A DNA stretch of 63,866 bases, filler included, from Octopus bimaculoides (taxonomy: Eukaryota), in the NCBI RefSeq assembly GCF_001194135.2. It is 8 parts of 7 records of this genome, joined end to end, with 100 filler letters (N's around TTAATTAATTAA, not from the genome) between each part and the next. Parts side by side here need not be neighbours in the genome. Positions count along the whole stretch, not along the records: positions 1 to 7,616 come from NC_068989.1; positions 7,717 to 17,538 come from NC_068996.1; 6 more parts are not named here. The stretch is one strand, 5' to 3'. Position numbers and translations under genes: made by a program. Below are positions 1 through 12,743 of this stretch, in pieces. Under the pieces are notes generated by a model. It had not been told where the DNA came from and did not search any database. It saw nothing but the letters and a program-made list of their open reading frames with translations. Numbering within the stretch: position 1 is the first letter of the stretch; the number at the start of each line of letters is the position of its first letter.

Positions 1-68
1 ATGGCCACGACGACGACGACGACCGCCGCCGCCGCCGCCACCAAAACTACCACCACCACCACCACCAC

Positions 69-115
<47 letters not shown>
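1..115 (+). repeat. Compound trinucleotide microsatellite (CGA)(CGC)(CAC)(TAC)
   Basis: Directly visible. Similar compound tracts lie at 25645-25715, 40590-40650 and 61560-61695. Confidence 0.95.
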
Positions 116-1176
116 GTTTGGCCATTTAGCTATATTAATGATATACGATACGAAAAGCTAATGAGGAAACCAGTTTCTGGTTACTTCAGCTGCGAGAAAA
201 AGCAGCCAAATCCCCGTTTTAAATAAAAGGAAAGAGCATACTAAATAATTATAGTCCAGTATGCCCTGAAAAAAAGATGATGCGCTCGCGCCTAGAATGC
301 CTTTGATCATAGGATTTCATGGTTATCAGAGCTTGCCTGTGGTTAAACGACAACATTGACGATGCGGAAAATATTGCCTTCGGCATCCTTAAGATCTTTA
401 GTCATGGTTCGATAATTGATAATTTTGTTACTAAAGGATAAATTAAAACTACACACATTATACTATTTAGAATTAAGCGTTTCTAATTAGCTTTGAAATG
501 AAATGCCGATCAATATATTTAATATCACTCGTTATTTTCTTTCGGTTGATTATTTTCCGCAAAACATACTTCGAATATTCTTCAAGCTTTATCGAGCAAG
601 TAATCATACATATAATATGTATGATAGTTAATGTAGGTCTTTATGCATGTACGATATATATGTATATGCAGGCGTGGCTGTGTGCTTTCCAACCACGTCG
701 TCCAGTTCAATCCAATGTGTGGCACCTTGGGCAAGTGTCGGCTACTGTAGCCTTGGGAAGACCAAAACCTTGTGAGTGGATTTGGTAGATGGAAACTGAA
801 AGAAGCCCGTCATGTATATATATTTGTGTGTTTGTATCTGTGTTTGTCCCCACCGCCATCGCTTGACAATCGATGCTGGTGTGTTTATGTTCTGGGGGTC
901 GATTTCTTCGACTAAGACCATTTAAGACGGTGCTCCGGCATGACCGCAGTCAAATGACTGAAACAAATAAAAGAATAAACATATGTGTGTGTGTGTGTAT
1001 GTGTGTGCATGTATGTGGGTACGTTTGTGTGTGAATTATATATATGGATAAATAAACAACCACAGCTATCGATCAATTAGTCGTTCAGCTAGTTAACCAA
1101 TTGATTTATAATAAAGAAGTGGAATTGAACCTGTGCGTGTGTTATTATTATTGGCGCAATGACTCTCCCAAGACAG

Positions 1177-1261
<85 letters not shown>

Positions 1262-1414
1262 CGCCGAGTTGTGTCGCCTGTCTATGACTTTCATATGCTT
1301 TAACACCCAATGTTAATAGGGGTTGCCCCCAAGCGATATCTCGCTGAGACAAAACACGTACATTGAGGATGTGCATGTGATGACACCCGCACGCGCACAC
1401 ACACACACACACGC

Positions 1415-1680
1415 GCGCGTGATCGTGAGTTCAATTCCTAGACCGGGTGGTGCGTTGTGCTCTTGAGCAAAACGCTTCATCTCACTTTGCTCTGCACTCA
1501 CTTCGACACCTGACAGGTGGTACACCGTGCACCTGTTCAGACAACGTCAATTTGATGGAAAGAATGAGCTAATGTGCGACACGAACATTTTATCACTATA
1601 AAACAAATCATTTGTGCAGGTCGTTCAGCACAAAGCTGAACGCTCATACGTCGTCTTCGACGAGAGAATCCATCCACCAT
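1415..1680 (+). mobile_element. tRNA-headed SINE-like repeat
   Basis: B-box-like GAGTTCAATTCC followed by gcgttgtgctcttgagcaaaacgcttcat, shared with the other SINE heads in the window. Confidence 0.6.
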
Positions 1681-1900
1681 ATAAATATATAAAACGGGTA
1701 TCTGCAGAGTTTCTAACACCTACACATTATTCACATATTGTTTAATTTGAGGTTATGTTAGCAAACACTTGCCGAAGGTACCATGCAATGGGAATGTACT
1801 CGAAATCACGTTACTGCAATATCATAAGGAATGAAGTTGAAAAAATAGGAGTGACAACATGTTGGATTTGATTCAACTAACTGCATTTCTTTGCTTCTAG

Positions 1901-1922
1901 TCAAAAGGAGACGATGCTATGA
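1901..1922 (+). CDS. Candidate 22-nt microexon, unassigned
   Basis: CTAAC branch-point motif, then tgcatttctttgcttctAG, then donor GA|GTAAGC. Confidence 0.2.
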
Positions 1923-2796
1923 GTAAGCATTGAAGGTTAGTAGCAACATTTATGGCCTGTTTTCCAAAATAACAATGAGAAGGGGAAGAATTTCTCGCAT
2001 TCCCATATATGCTTACCCGAAAACTCCGATTATTTCAAAAAGAATATTAATGGTTGAAATGATAGAGCACTGCATTAAAGACTTTATCCGGTTTTGCTCT
2101 GCAATCTAATGGTGCCATCGCCAACTTCATCTCTAGAAGTTGATAAAATAAGCATCAGCAAAACATAAAGTTAACTTTAATTGATCGCAGTTTTCATTCT
2201 AGTCAGAGACCATTTCATTTCATTCGTGTCAGTAGTACCCTTGGGATATGCATGAAGGTTATGCTACCCTACCTCCTTTCTATCCTTTTAAAATAACGAT
2301 TTCAAATTTTGGCACAAGGGCAGGAGATAAGTCGATTACATCGACCCTAGTGTTTAACTGATACTTATTTCATCAACCCCCAAAAAGATGAAAGGCAAAG
2401 TCGACCTCGGTGGTATTTGAAATCAGAATGTAAAGACGGATGAAATGCCGCTAAGCATTTTGCCGGGCGTGCTAACGATTCTACCAGTTTGTCGCTTTTT
2501 ATCTTTTTTAAAACAATAAGCGTTTCTGTATTGTCGAACGTCGAAAAATCATCTTTCAGTATTTAGTTTCTCTTCTTTACGCACTGATTTCGAATCACAC
2601 CCAGGTCAGCTTTGCCTTTTATCCGCCTGAGATCGATACTATTATTACCAGTATTAGACTGGGGTCAATATAATCAGCTGCCCCGTTTTTAAGAAATCAA
2701 TATTTCACAACCTGGCTCTGATTCTTGATCCAGTCTATTTCTGTAGATGGGTCTAGGCGATTAGGTCTAACCTGGTATACTATACACTCATTGTAA

Positions 2797-3142
2797 ACAT
2801 ATACTTAACGCACAAAATCTGTGTATTTGCCGGTAGGCAGTGATTTAGCGAGGTGGGGATGACTGTCTTAAAGTGCAGGGTGTTAAAACACCTGAATGTC
2901 ATGGACAGGCGACACAACTCACCCCACATATCATTCAGGAGTGATGGACATTGATGTTTCGTCATAAACCACAAAAATGGTGAAACATCGATGTTAATCG
3001 ATCCTGAATGGGATCTGGTATGAGTTGGCTCACTTGTCTATGACTGTCAGGTGTTTTAACATACGGCGTTTTAAGAAAGTCATTTCCACTACGCCGAATC
3101 GCAGCCTACCGGCAAATACACAGTTTCTGTACGTTAGGTACA
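2797..3142. repeat. Imperfect inverted repeat, ~125-bp arms
   Basis: 2797-2925 is the diverged reverse complement of 3018-3142 (shared gcctaccggcaaatacacag, caggtgttttaaca). A third partial copy lies at 1258-1310. Confidence 0.75.
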
Positions 3143-4697
3143 TGAGGTCGACAAAATTGATTAAACTAGCCCTGCTTCGATTTCATCTTTGAAGTACTCA
3201 TTATGTTAAGATACATTCCTCCTAGTCTTTACATTATTTTAGAATAATGGGAAAAAAGGGACGTTGTGATGTTCATGTAATTTAGAAGGAGATTCGCAGT
3301 GGAAGTAATATGAAATATTTTCAGCTAGGAATTGAAACTACGTCATGATCTTGCTTTGCCAACTACATACATCATCCTCTATGAAGCTCACCTCTACCCT
3401 AAAATAATGAACTATGTGTATATCTAATCGACAGAAGACCAACATTTTCTATTGACTGATTTTTTAAACTTTTCCTGTTCTATATTATCACAGACTTTTT
3501 TATTCATCGATATTTCCTTCAGTCTCTGCCGAACTGTCATTTGTTGTCAAATGAGAGTCGAACCTTGAAAGAAACCTTTAAATTATTGCCTCACTTTTAT
3601 AGTTACCAATAAAATCAACTTATTTATTGCAGCCACTCACGTTAGTCAAACATACAGCTGGCAGTATCGGGTAACTTTCAAATAGAAATATAATTTTGAG
3701 AATGATTTATTGCAGGTGTGCTTTCCTCTTTTCCATTCCCATACCATTACCGGAATCACGACGTCTATAAGAACTGCAGAAACAAAAAAGGAACTGAGCT
3801 TTGCTTGATAAAGAAAGAATAGGTTTAAAAAAAAAATGATATTGACTTTACAGTATTTCTCTCATTTATTATTTATTATACTGAAGATATTTCAAAAACC
3901 AATTTTTAAAAATATTAAATTATATTAGTTTATTAGCTTACACAGAGCATATAATAAAAATGTATTGTTTATATTACATTATGCATTCCGTTATTAAGTT
4001 TTTTTTATCTCATTCCTTATACATACATACATACATACATACATGTGTGTCTCTGTGAGTGTGAAAATGCTAAGTGAAACAAATAGATGAAGATTGAAGT
4101 GGAATTCATATTTCGTCTAACAGCAAAACCATTACTACTTTATTTTCTGTTCTATTGACGTCAGCTAGCAGCTTGCATTTTATCTACAGATCCATCCCTT
4201 CTATAATCTACATATTTAGTCTTCCTCTTTTCATTAACATATTTTCTATACACCTTTCTATTCACATGCATTCACTTTCGCTTCTCACAGCGTCATATCA
4301 GCATCGTAATAAAACTTCGGTTTACAAAGACCATTTGAACAGACTTCATGTCTTAGAAAACGAAATGTTTCCATAGAAATTCGATCATAACGACTGTCTC
4401 ATCAAGGGAATAATACGAAAGAATCATTGACGTTGGATATTAGATCCTGTGCTTAAAGTGAACATTGAAATGAAATAAATATAGTCCAGTACTACATTCT
4501 CCCAGTATAGTTAATATGTTGATGGCAATCGCTAACAATTGATATCAAATTAATATTCCATCACCTTATGTGAAGCCTATAACGATGGAGCCCTATAATA
4601 GCACAGATAATAACAACTTATGATAATACTATATATTTTCCTATAATAGCACAAATACATGTTCCTTTTCCTTGAAATAATACTAGTATACATACAT

Positions 4698-4772
<75 letters not shown>

Positions 4773-4853
4773 NNNNNNNNNNNNNNNNNNNNNNNNNNNN
4801 NNNNNNNNNNNNNNNNNNNNNNNNNNNNNNNNNNNNNNNNNNNNNNNNNNNNN

Positions 4854-4886
<33 letters not shown>

Positions 4887-5139
4887 TATAAATATGTGTA
4901 TGTATGTATGTATATAAGTATGTATATATATATGTATATAAATATGTATATATATGCATGTATATAAATATGTATATATATATGCATATATATGTATATA
5001 TATGAATATATATATTTACATATATTTATATATGTATATATATATTCAAAGAGAGTTAGAGGTTGTAAATCCAACCAACTAAAGGACAGTATCTACCCAA
5101 TATACTGCTCGTAGTATACTCGGTTATTAATACCCAAGT

Positions 5140-5448
5140 GCACTCCGTCGGTTACGACGACGAGGGTCCCAGCTAATACGATCAACGGAACAGCTTGCTC
5201 GTGAAATTAACGTGCAGGTGGCAGAGCACTCCACACACACGTGTACCCTTAACTTAGTTCTCGTGGATATTCAGCGTAAAACAGTGTGTGACAAGGCTAG
5301 CGATTTCAAATACAGGCACTACTCATTTTTGCCAGCTGGAGCAAGGTGAAATAAAGTGTCTTGCTCATGGACGCAACGCGCCTCCGGAAATTGAACTCAC
5401 AACCTTACAATCATGAGCTGAATACCCTAACCACTAAACCACGCGCCT

Positions 5449-5452
<4 letters not shown>
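5140..5452 (-). mobile_element. Related tRNA-headed SINE (short-body variant)
   Basis: Shares its 3-prime body with 30964-31140. Plus-strand relatives lie at 9735-9980, 10520-10740 and 55805-56110. Confidence 0.75.
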
Positions 5453-5528
<76 letters not shown>

Positions 5529-5785
5529 ATATATATGTATACATTTATATATATATATATATGTATATATGATGGACTCTCCCGTCGAATATGACGTATG
5601 AATGTTCAGGTTTCGCTGAACGATCTGCGGAGCTGATTTGTTTGTAGTGAGGAAATATGATGTGTGCTGCACATTATCTCACTCCTTCCATCAAATCGAC
5701 ATTTCTCAACAGGTGCACGGTGTGTCTCACGTTTGGTGTTCCTTACTCATTTCATTCCTGTTCTTATTTTATCTTGTGTCCATTC

Positions 5786-5826
5786 TCTGAAAATCTTTCG
5801 TCAAACCTCTGTGACCTCTTCAGAGA
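5786..5826 (-). ncRNA. Hammerhead-like motif (canonical CUGAAGA core, weak stems I and III)
   Basis: UCU-CUGAAGA-G-GUCA...UGAC-GAAA-GAUU-UUC-AGA. A degenerate homologue lies at 34891-34934. Confidence 0.42.
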
Positions 5827-6715
5827 CTTCTCTTCCATCCACGTGTTTCCTCAAATCAGAAATCTTGCAAAACAAATTCATGACCGTACACAAAATAAAC
5901 ACACAGACATACAGACACACAGACAGACAGACACAGTCACACATACACACGCACACATGTTTGTATGTATGTATGTATGTATGTTTGTATGTATACATGG
6001 TAGGCAAGAGAACAACTTCTGCTGTCAGTAAATGTGCTCTCAAGCACTCAGAGTTTTGTGGTCATGCAACATCTTATAACTTTTCCGGAATCAATTAAAT
6101 GAAGTGTATCTTAATGGCATATAATTAAATATGTTGTGTACAAATGAGCATTAAAAACAGAGAGTTGGCTACATGTAGAAGCATATATTTAGTAGCTTTG
6201 CATATAAATTTATCCCCACCAAAAGAAAAGCTGCGCTATCATCCCACACATCCCACTTCCACATACCCCACTTCCACATACCCCACTCCTACCACCACAC
6301 CCACACCCACACCCTCATATCTCAACTCCCCAACACCGCCACACCACACATCACCACATACCACCCACACCACTACACACCACCACACACCACCACACAC
6401 CACCATACCACATTGCACCACCCCGCACACACTAGCACTGACCACTTCCCAGCATCCACACCATCATCCACAGACTAGCACATTACAGACGCACACATCT
6501 ACACACACACACACATCCACGCGTCAAAGTCACCAGCCCCTATCCACACGTACACACTTACACACTATCACATACATGCACGCGCACCTTCGATTTGGGA
6601 TCACCAATACTTTATTATCTCCCTTCTTTCCTAGCTCTCCTGTCTAACTACCCATGTCCTGCCAGTCGCCATGATGGACCGTTTTTCATTTTATCTCTGT
6701 TTATTTTATTGTGTT

Positions 6716-6830
6716 CCTTCCTGTTGAAGAGCATAGGCTTGAAACTTCCCGAGCGTCAAACTAATACACCTGCTTGTTGTTTATACACCTGTCTTCGTCT
6801 TTTGTTTTTCTGTAAGTTTCAAATATATAT
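6716..6830 (+). mobile_element. Degenerate copy of the 43.2-kb family; ribozyme cleavage-site segment deleted
   Basis: ctgttgaagagcataggcttgaaac runs directly into ttcccgagcgtcaaactaatacacc. Confidence 0.5.
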
Positions 6831-7372
6831 TTGTGTGTGTATGTGTGTGTGTGTGTGTATACAAGAGAGACAAGAGTATAGAAAGTACACTATCACATTC
6901 ACTAACTTCTGTAGTATGTACAGGTACACTCAGAGATTCCTGGTCATGCAACATCCTATAGCTTTCCAGTGCCATTTAAAAAGAATGCATCTTAATGGCG
7001 TATCTTCAAGTGTATTCTGGTGTACAATTAAGAAACATAATATAATACAATTTCGGAGACTTCAGGATGAACGTATCCCCACCAAAAGAAAAGGTATGTA
7101 TATACATATATATATATATATGTATATAACGCTAGCTACTTGATAAATTCTTGTAAAAGAATTCGTCCTATTATTGAAATTTAAATATATTACCAGAATA
7201 TGTTCAGTGCTGAATTTATTCTGAGTAAGAGGCATATTTACCGAGATGTAATTCGAAATTCCCGCCACTTACATAGGGAAATAGCGATGAACAGTCGTCT
7301 ATATGCTATGCAGGATACACGGTGTTCGTTTGGTATGTTGATTCACTGTTTATTTCTATTTTTCTTGACCAT

Positions 7373-7433
7373 ATTATACTGACGAGTAGAAGTTGTATAA
7401 TACTACAATAACTACGAAATCATGATCTATAAT
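7373..7433 (+). ncRNA. Type I hammerhead ribozyme motif, canonical core
   Basis: Stem I AUUAUA/UAUAAU; CUGACGA; stem II GUAG/CUAC plus UUGUA/UACAA; GAA; palindromic stem III AUCAUGAU; cleavage triplet AUC at 7425-7427. Confidence 0.85.
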
Positions 7434-7574
7434 TTAGTTCGTTTTTAAGAGGTTGGCTTTGAGAGTTGCATTTCCTCGCATTCGGTAAAAATGTGCTTTT
7501 TTTTATAGTAGTCTGACCTTAGAGTCCCTCATGGCGTGAGGCGTTATTATATAGTAATGCCCTTATATAAATAT
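7373..7574 (+). mobile_element. Diverged copy of the hammerhead-plus-arm unit
   Basis: The ribozyme is followed by ttcctcgcattcggta...atgtg...tagtaatgcccttatataaata, shared with 60668-60774. Confidence 0.7.
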
Positions 7575-10014
7575 ATGTTTATATATATAAATTGGTTTAT
7601 GTATATGTATATGTTTNNNNNNNNNNNNNNNNNNNNNNNNNNNNNNNNNNNNNNNNNNNNTTAATTAATTAANNNNNNNNNNNNNNNNNNNNNNNNNNNN
7701 NNNNNNNNNNNNNNNNTATATATATATATATATATATATATATCATATACCCACATATACACATACACAATGGAGGCTCTACATAGCTGCTAGAAATAAT
7801 AGTCAAATCTCATCTCCTTCGAATCACACATATATATATATACAACAGGCTTCTTTCAGTTTCCGTCTACCAAATCCACTCACAAGGCTTTGGTCAGCCC
7901 GAGGCTATAGTAGAAGACACTTGCCAAGGTGCCACACAGTGGGACTGAACCCAGAACCATGTGGTTGGGAAGCAAGCTTCTTACCACACAGCCACGCCTG
8001 TATACAATATTAATTTTTTTAAGAATTTCTATTCCATATAATTTCCTTTATTGCTACTCATATTCTAACATCTCATTTGGCACAAAGCCCCCTTTCTCAA
8101 TACTACCCTCACTTCCACTCAGAGGTCTTGTCTTGTAAATTATTTAGTGACCTCACTACTGTTGGTGATACACAAAAAAGCATCCAGTTTACTCTGTAGA
8201 TGGTTGGCTTCAGGAAGAGCACCCAGCTGTAGAAACCATGACTAAGTAGACAATAGAGCCTGGCAGAGTCTTCTAATTTGCCAGCCCCTGTTAAACTATC
8301 CAACCCATACCAGCATGAAAAACACAGTAACTGATGATGATGATGATGAGTGCCTTATATATAAGCCATGAACTTAGTGTAATTGACAAATAAAACAATT
8401 CCTATTTAGTCAGAAGTTCTAAAGAAATTATCATCAATTTCATTAGAAACAAATAATGCTCTAATGTATTTGGATGAGATTAGGAAAGGTTTGTTGTGAT
8501 CACTACCTCATTTTGTTTTTGTTTTTTTGTTTTTTTGCACATCAATACAATCATTTGCCTAAAGCACTCGTGGTGAATGAAACATACTTATCAATCATCA
8601 TCATTGCACACTGCTGTCTTGTTTGGTGCATGCAAACATCCACCATTGCTGCTACTGCTGCTGCCTCCTCCTGCATAACATCATAGCCATATAAAAAAAA
8701 AAACACCAAAAACGTCAACCAACAATGGAGGCTCTACATAGCTGCTAGAAATAGTAGCCAAATCTCATCTCCTTCAAATCACACCCTGCTGTGTTAAAAA
8801 GATAAACAGAGGATACATTACACAATGTCATCAACATCATCATTTAACATCTGTTTTCCATACTGGCATGGGTTGGATGGTTTGACGAGCTGGCAAGGGC
8901 AGGAGCTACACCAGGTTCCATTGTCTGTTTTGACTTGGTTTCTAAAACAGCTGGATACCCTTCTTAATGCCAACCACTTTACAGGGTGTACTGGATGCTT
9001 TTTGAGTGGCACCAGTACCAATGCTTTTGATGTGGAACCAGCACCAGAGCTTTTTTTTATGTGGCACCAGCGCCAGTATTTTTTACTAACGTACTCCAGG
9101 TATACAAAAAAGATGAGATGGTCATATCTAGAATGCCTTTGATTTATAGGCTTATTCACTCAGGCCTGACATAGAGCTAAACAACAATAACAGCCTATTG
9201 CATGAAATAACAAAATATTAGAAGAGAAATTCAATGAACAAATTAACATTACAAAAAGTCAAAGATGATAATGGCGACATCAGTGATGTTGAACTGTTTA
9301 TTTTTCACAGTTAATTCTAGAGTATTATAAAGTTGTGTAAGATACTAAAGGGTAAAGAGCCCCTTCGGTCATGAATGGCCATGGGATTGCACCTAGAAAG
9401 TTCCCTCTGAGGCACAAGTCCGAGCAATGTTGTTTATGGAAGACTAGCAGTCGCCCATGCAAAGCAGCCTCCCCTCAGTGTTCGTACTGAAAATCGAGAT
9501 CGCGCAAGCTTTTGCCCTTTTGCTCCCCTGATGTTATCTGAAGGAAAGGCAAATGCCGATACAGCTTGGCACCAGTGACATCACAGCTCATTTCTGCAGA
9601 TGAGTGAACTGGAGAAACATGAAATAAAGTATCTTGCTCAAGAACACAACACAGCCCAGTCTGGGAATCACACACTACCTCATCATTGTGAGCCCAATGC
9701 TCTAACCACTGAGCAATGCATTTCATGTAAAAAGTGAAGGGACATAGTTTAGTGGTTAGGGTATCTGGCTTATGATCATAAGGTCATGAGTTCAATTCCC
9801 GTTGGCACGTTGGGTTCTTAAGTAAGACACGTTATTTCACATTGCTCCAATCCACTCAACTGGCAAAAATGAGTTGTACCTGTAATTCAAAGGGCCAGCC
9901 TTGTCACATTCTGTGTCATGCTGAATCTCTATGAGAACTACGTTAAGAGTACACATGTCTGTGGAGTGCTCAGCCACACATAAGATAATAAGGATCCATG
10001 AAAAAGATGTTTAA

Positions 10015-10419
10015 CCCTTTAATATTTAAACCTGCATTATCCAGCCCAAATATTCTACCTGTTTTATGTTCAAATTAACCAGATCCAGCCTTTCACACCT
10101 ACTCTACAATGACATTCTATAACTAAACCATCACAAAGTTATATGATAATGTACGATTAATTCAAAACAATAGATAAACTTTACATTTGACAGTAATTTG
10201 AATGCTAAAGTGTTAAGCCAGCCAAATCTAGCCCAAATATTCTACATTTTAAAGTTCAAACGGGCCAGATCCAGCCCCTTATACCAACCCTACCATGTCA
10301 TTGTAAAAATAAGTAATCATATCATTGAAATCTCAAAACTACAAGATAATGCATGGTTAATTCAAACAATGTGAATAAATAAATGATACATCTGACAGAG
10401 TAATCTGAATGCTAAAGGG
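10015..10419. mobile_element. piggyBac-type MITE, head-to-tail dimer
   Basis: TTAA|CCCTTTA...TAAAGTG|TTAA (10015-10212), then a second 5-prime-truncated unit ending TAAAGGG|TTAA at 10419. Confidence 0.7.
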
Positions 10420-10745
10420 TTAACTTCCAATTGTAGTCTGATTTTCTGATAGTTAATGGCAATGTATTCAATATAGTATTGTTCTATATCTTATTTCACA
10501 TCACTACTACTGACTGAAAGAGGCACATGGCTTAGGGGTTAGGGTGTTGAACTCATGATCATAAAATAGTGGTTTCAATTCCTGGACTGAGCAATGTGCT
10601 GTGTTCTTGAGTAAAACACTTCATTTGATGTTGCTCTAGTCCACTCAGCTGGTAAAAATGAGTAAATCTAGCAATGGGCCAGTGTCCCCTCTGGGGAGGA
10701 ATATATATGCCAGAGAAACCAGGAAACCAATCCTATGCTCCTTAC

Positions 10746-10799
10746 AGAGTACTGTGAAGTAACAACTAGTGACCCAAAACTAGGTAAAACTTGAAATTC
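10746..10799 (-). CDS. Candidate 54-nt phase 0-0 exon (EFQVLPSFGSLVVTSQYS), unassigned
   Basis: Acceptor tttattcacAG, donor GTAAGG, open in phase 0. No recognisable homology. Confidence 0.18.
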
Positions 10800-11479
10800 C
10801 TGTGAATAAACTGGACAAAATAGGTCAATTAAAAAGAATCTAAAGAATTAATACTTTTGTAAATTAGAATGAAATTTTAAAAGCATATATGCTTGTTTAT
10901 CAGTAATATAAAGTAGACTGACCAATGTACAAGATGTACTCCTATTAAACAAAACCTTAGCAATATACATGTTTTATAGAGTTGTTGAGTTGGCTTTGAT
11001 TGAGCAGACAAATGATCAAAGGGTTTTTTTTTTCCAGTGATGACCATTCCATCTTTTGCATCAGACATTGGGTATCAAGGATCACATAACACAATGCACC
11101 TTCTCCTTTTATTTTTTAAGCTGTTAGGGTATCATCATCATCATCATCATCATCGTTTAACGTCCGCTTTCCATGCTAGCATGGGTTGGACGATTTGATT
11201 GAGGACTGGTGAAACCGGATGGCAACACCAGGCTCCAATCTAATTTGGCAGAGTTTCTACAGCTGGATGCCCTTCCTAACACCTCAGACCTGAAGAAATT
11301 ATAGACCGATACTCTTAAGTGAAGTAACTGAAAAGAAGCTCCAAGCACTTTCACAAACATTTGGGGGATGTTGAAAAGAAGACGAAATTTACAGTAGTCA
11401 ATTTTTGAAAGCGGTGTGGTTAAAAATTTTTTAACAAACAGCATGCTCCACTGGATGTGTAATGTCAGTGTGCATACAT

Positions 11480-12370
11480 GACAGAGTGTAAGTGCCCTGA
11501 GAGAAAAGTTGGATTTAAGAAGCATCAGATGTGGTGTGCAAGAGAGATGACTGCGCTGGTATGGTCATGTGTTGCAAATGAATGAGGACAACTGTGTGAA
11601 AAAGTGTCATACCCTAACAGTAGAGAAAACCTGTGGACCAGGAAGACCTGGGACGAGGTGGTGAAATATGACCTTCAAACATTGGGCCTTACCGATGCAA
11701 TGACTAGTGACTGGGACCTTTGGAGATATGCTGTGCATGAGAAGACCTGACAAGCCAAGTGAGACCACGGCCCGTGGCCTATGCCAGTGGGTGTAACCAG
11801 CCCATTTATGAATACCCCTCATTCATTGGGCAATAAACCTTGCTAACTCTAACTCTATTGAGGCAAGTGAAATCAAAATCAAAATTGCTGACATGGCTGA
11901 TGACAGTACCGCCTGATTTGCACTCGTGCCAGTGGAATGTTAAAAGCATATCCGAGCATGATCGTTGTCAGGGCCACAGATTGGTTCCCGTGCCGGTGAC
12001 ATGTGAAAAGCACCATTCGAGCGTGATTGTTGCCAGTGTCGCCTTACTGACACATGAAAAACAACATTCAAGCATGGACATTAACAGTGCCACCGGACTG
12101 GCTCCCATGCAGGTAGCTCGTAAAAACACCTTTTGAGCATGGTTGTTGCCAGAACTGCCTGACTGGCCCTCATGCCAGTGGCACGTAAAAAGCACCCACT
12201 ACACTCTCGGAGTGGTTGGCATTAGGAAGGGCATCCAGCTGTAGAAATTTTGCCAGATCAGATTGAGCCTGGTGCAGTCTCTGGCTCACCAGTCCTCAGT
12301 CAAACCGTCCAACCCATGCCAGCATGGAAAGCAGACATTAAATGATGATGATGATGATAATGATGATGAT
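11480..12370 (+). mobile_element. RTE-like LINE 3-prime end with 3-prime UTR and (GAT)n tail
   Basis: Remnant of LRWYGHV..M....VKKC...V...GRPRKTW at 11540-11670, followed by the abundant UTR motif ggaagggcatccagctgtagaaa and (GAT)n. Confidence 0.75.
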
Positions 12371-12516
12371 AAAGATGATGATGAAATCATGGAAAAATTT
12401 CAATCATATTTTATATAATGAACAAAAGTGATAGACGACAATGATGGCGACTGCCGCCACCCCACCATATGATGAAAAGCATCATGAACTTCAGTTCAAA
12501 GATGATTTTTTCTTAC

Positions 12517-12525
12517 ATAATATTC
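12517..12525 (-). CDS. Candidate 9-nt microexon (EYY) or start of a short terminal exon
   Basis: Strong acceptor ttctcctttttgtacAG 95 nt after the GTGAGT donor at 12620, then GAATATTAT and donor GTAAGA. Confidence 0.25.
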
Positions 12526-12620
12526 CTGTACAAAAAGGAGAATGCATGAAACAGTACAATTGCAACATGTATGAAAATTCAGCAAAAACATTTTAGCCTA
12601 ATGTGAAGAAATATACTCAC

Positions 12621-12743
12621 TTGTCCATGGATATAAACTAAAGCATCGACAATTTCTCTAAAAAGTCTCCAGATTTCATCAATGTTTTTATTTGGATTCT
12701 TATCAATATATAACCGCAATGTTTTCTTTTCACAATATTCCAT
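12621..12743 (-). CDS. EIF2AK4: GCN2/EIF2AK4-like eIF2-alpha kinase, internal exon (hinge to alphaE, 41 aa, phase 0-0)
   Basis: Translates MEYCEKKTLRLYIDKNPNKNIDEIWRLFREIVDALVYIHGQ, matching the GCN2 signature (LYIQ)MEYCEKxTLR...WRLFREIxxGLxYIH. Acceptor tttatctcactcAG, donor GTGAGT. Could be an orthologue or a diverged paralogue. Confidence 0.88.

Noticed and set aside
2017-2105. Minus-strand IAEQNRIKSLMQCSIISTINILFEIIGVFG with GTAAGC donor
   Set aside because: The acceptor is poor, and ILFE alone is not enough to assign it to the kinase C-lobe.
3641-3773. Two minus-strand exon-like segments (SYRRRDSG; YPILPAVCLTN)
   Set aside because: The phases do not join and there is no homology; they show how often such sites arise by chance.
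7661-7672. TTAATTAATTAA islands inside N runs (also 17583, 25968, 38725, 45933, 51497, 62098)
   Set aside because: An identical six-frame-stop spacer flanked by Ns is a scaffolding artefact, not biology.
12490-12527. GILCKKKSSLN as a decayed GIIHRDLKPxN catalytic loop
   Set aside because: It needs a non-AG acceptor or an indel, and none of H, R, D, K or P is retained.
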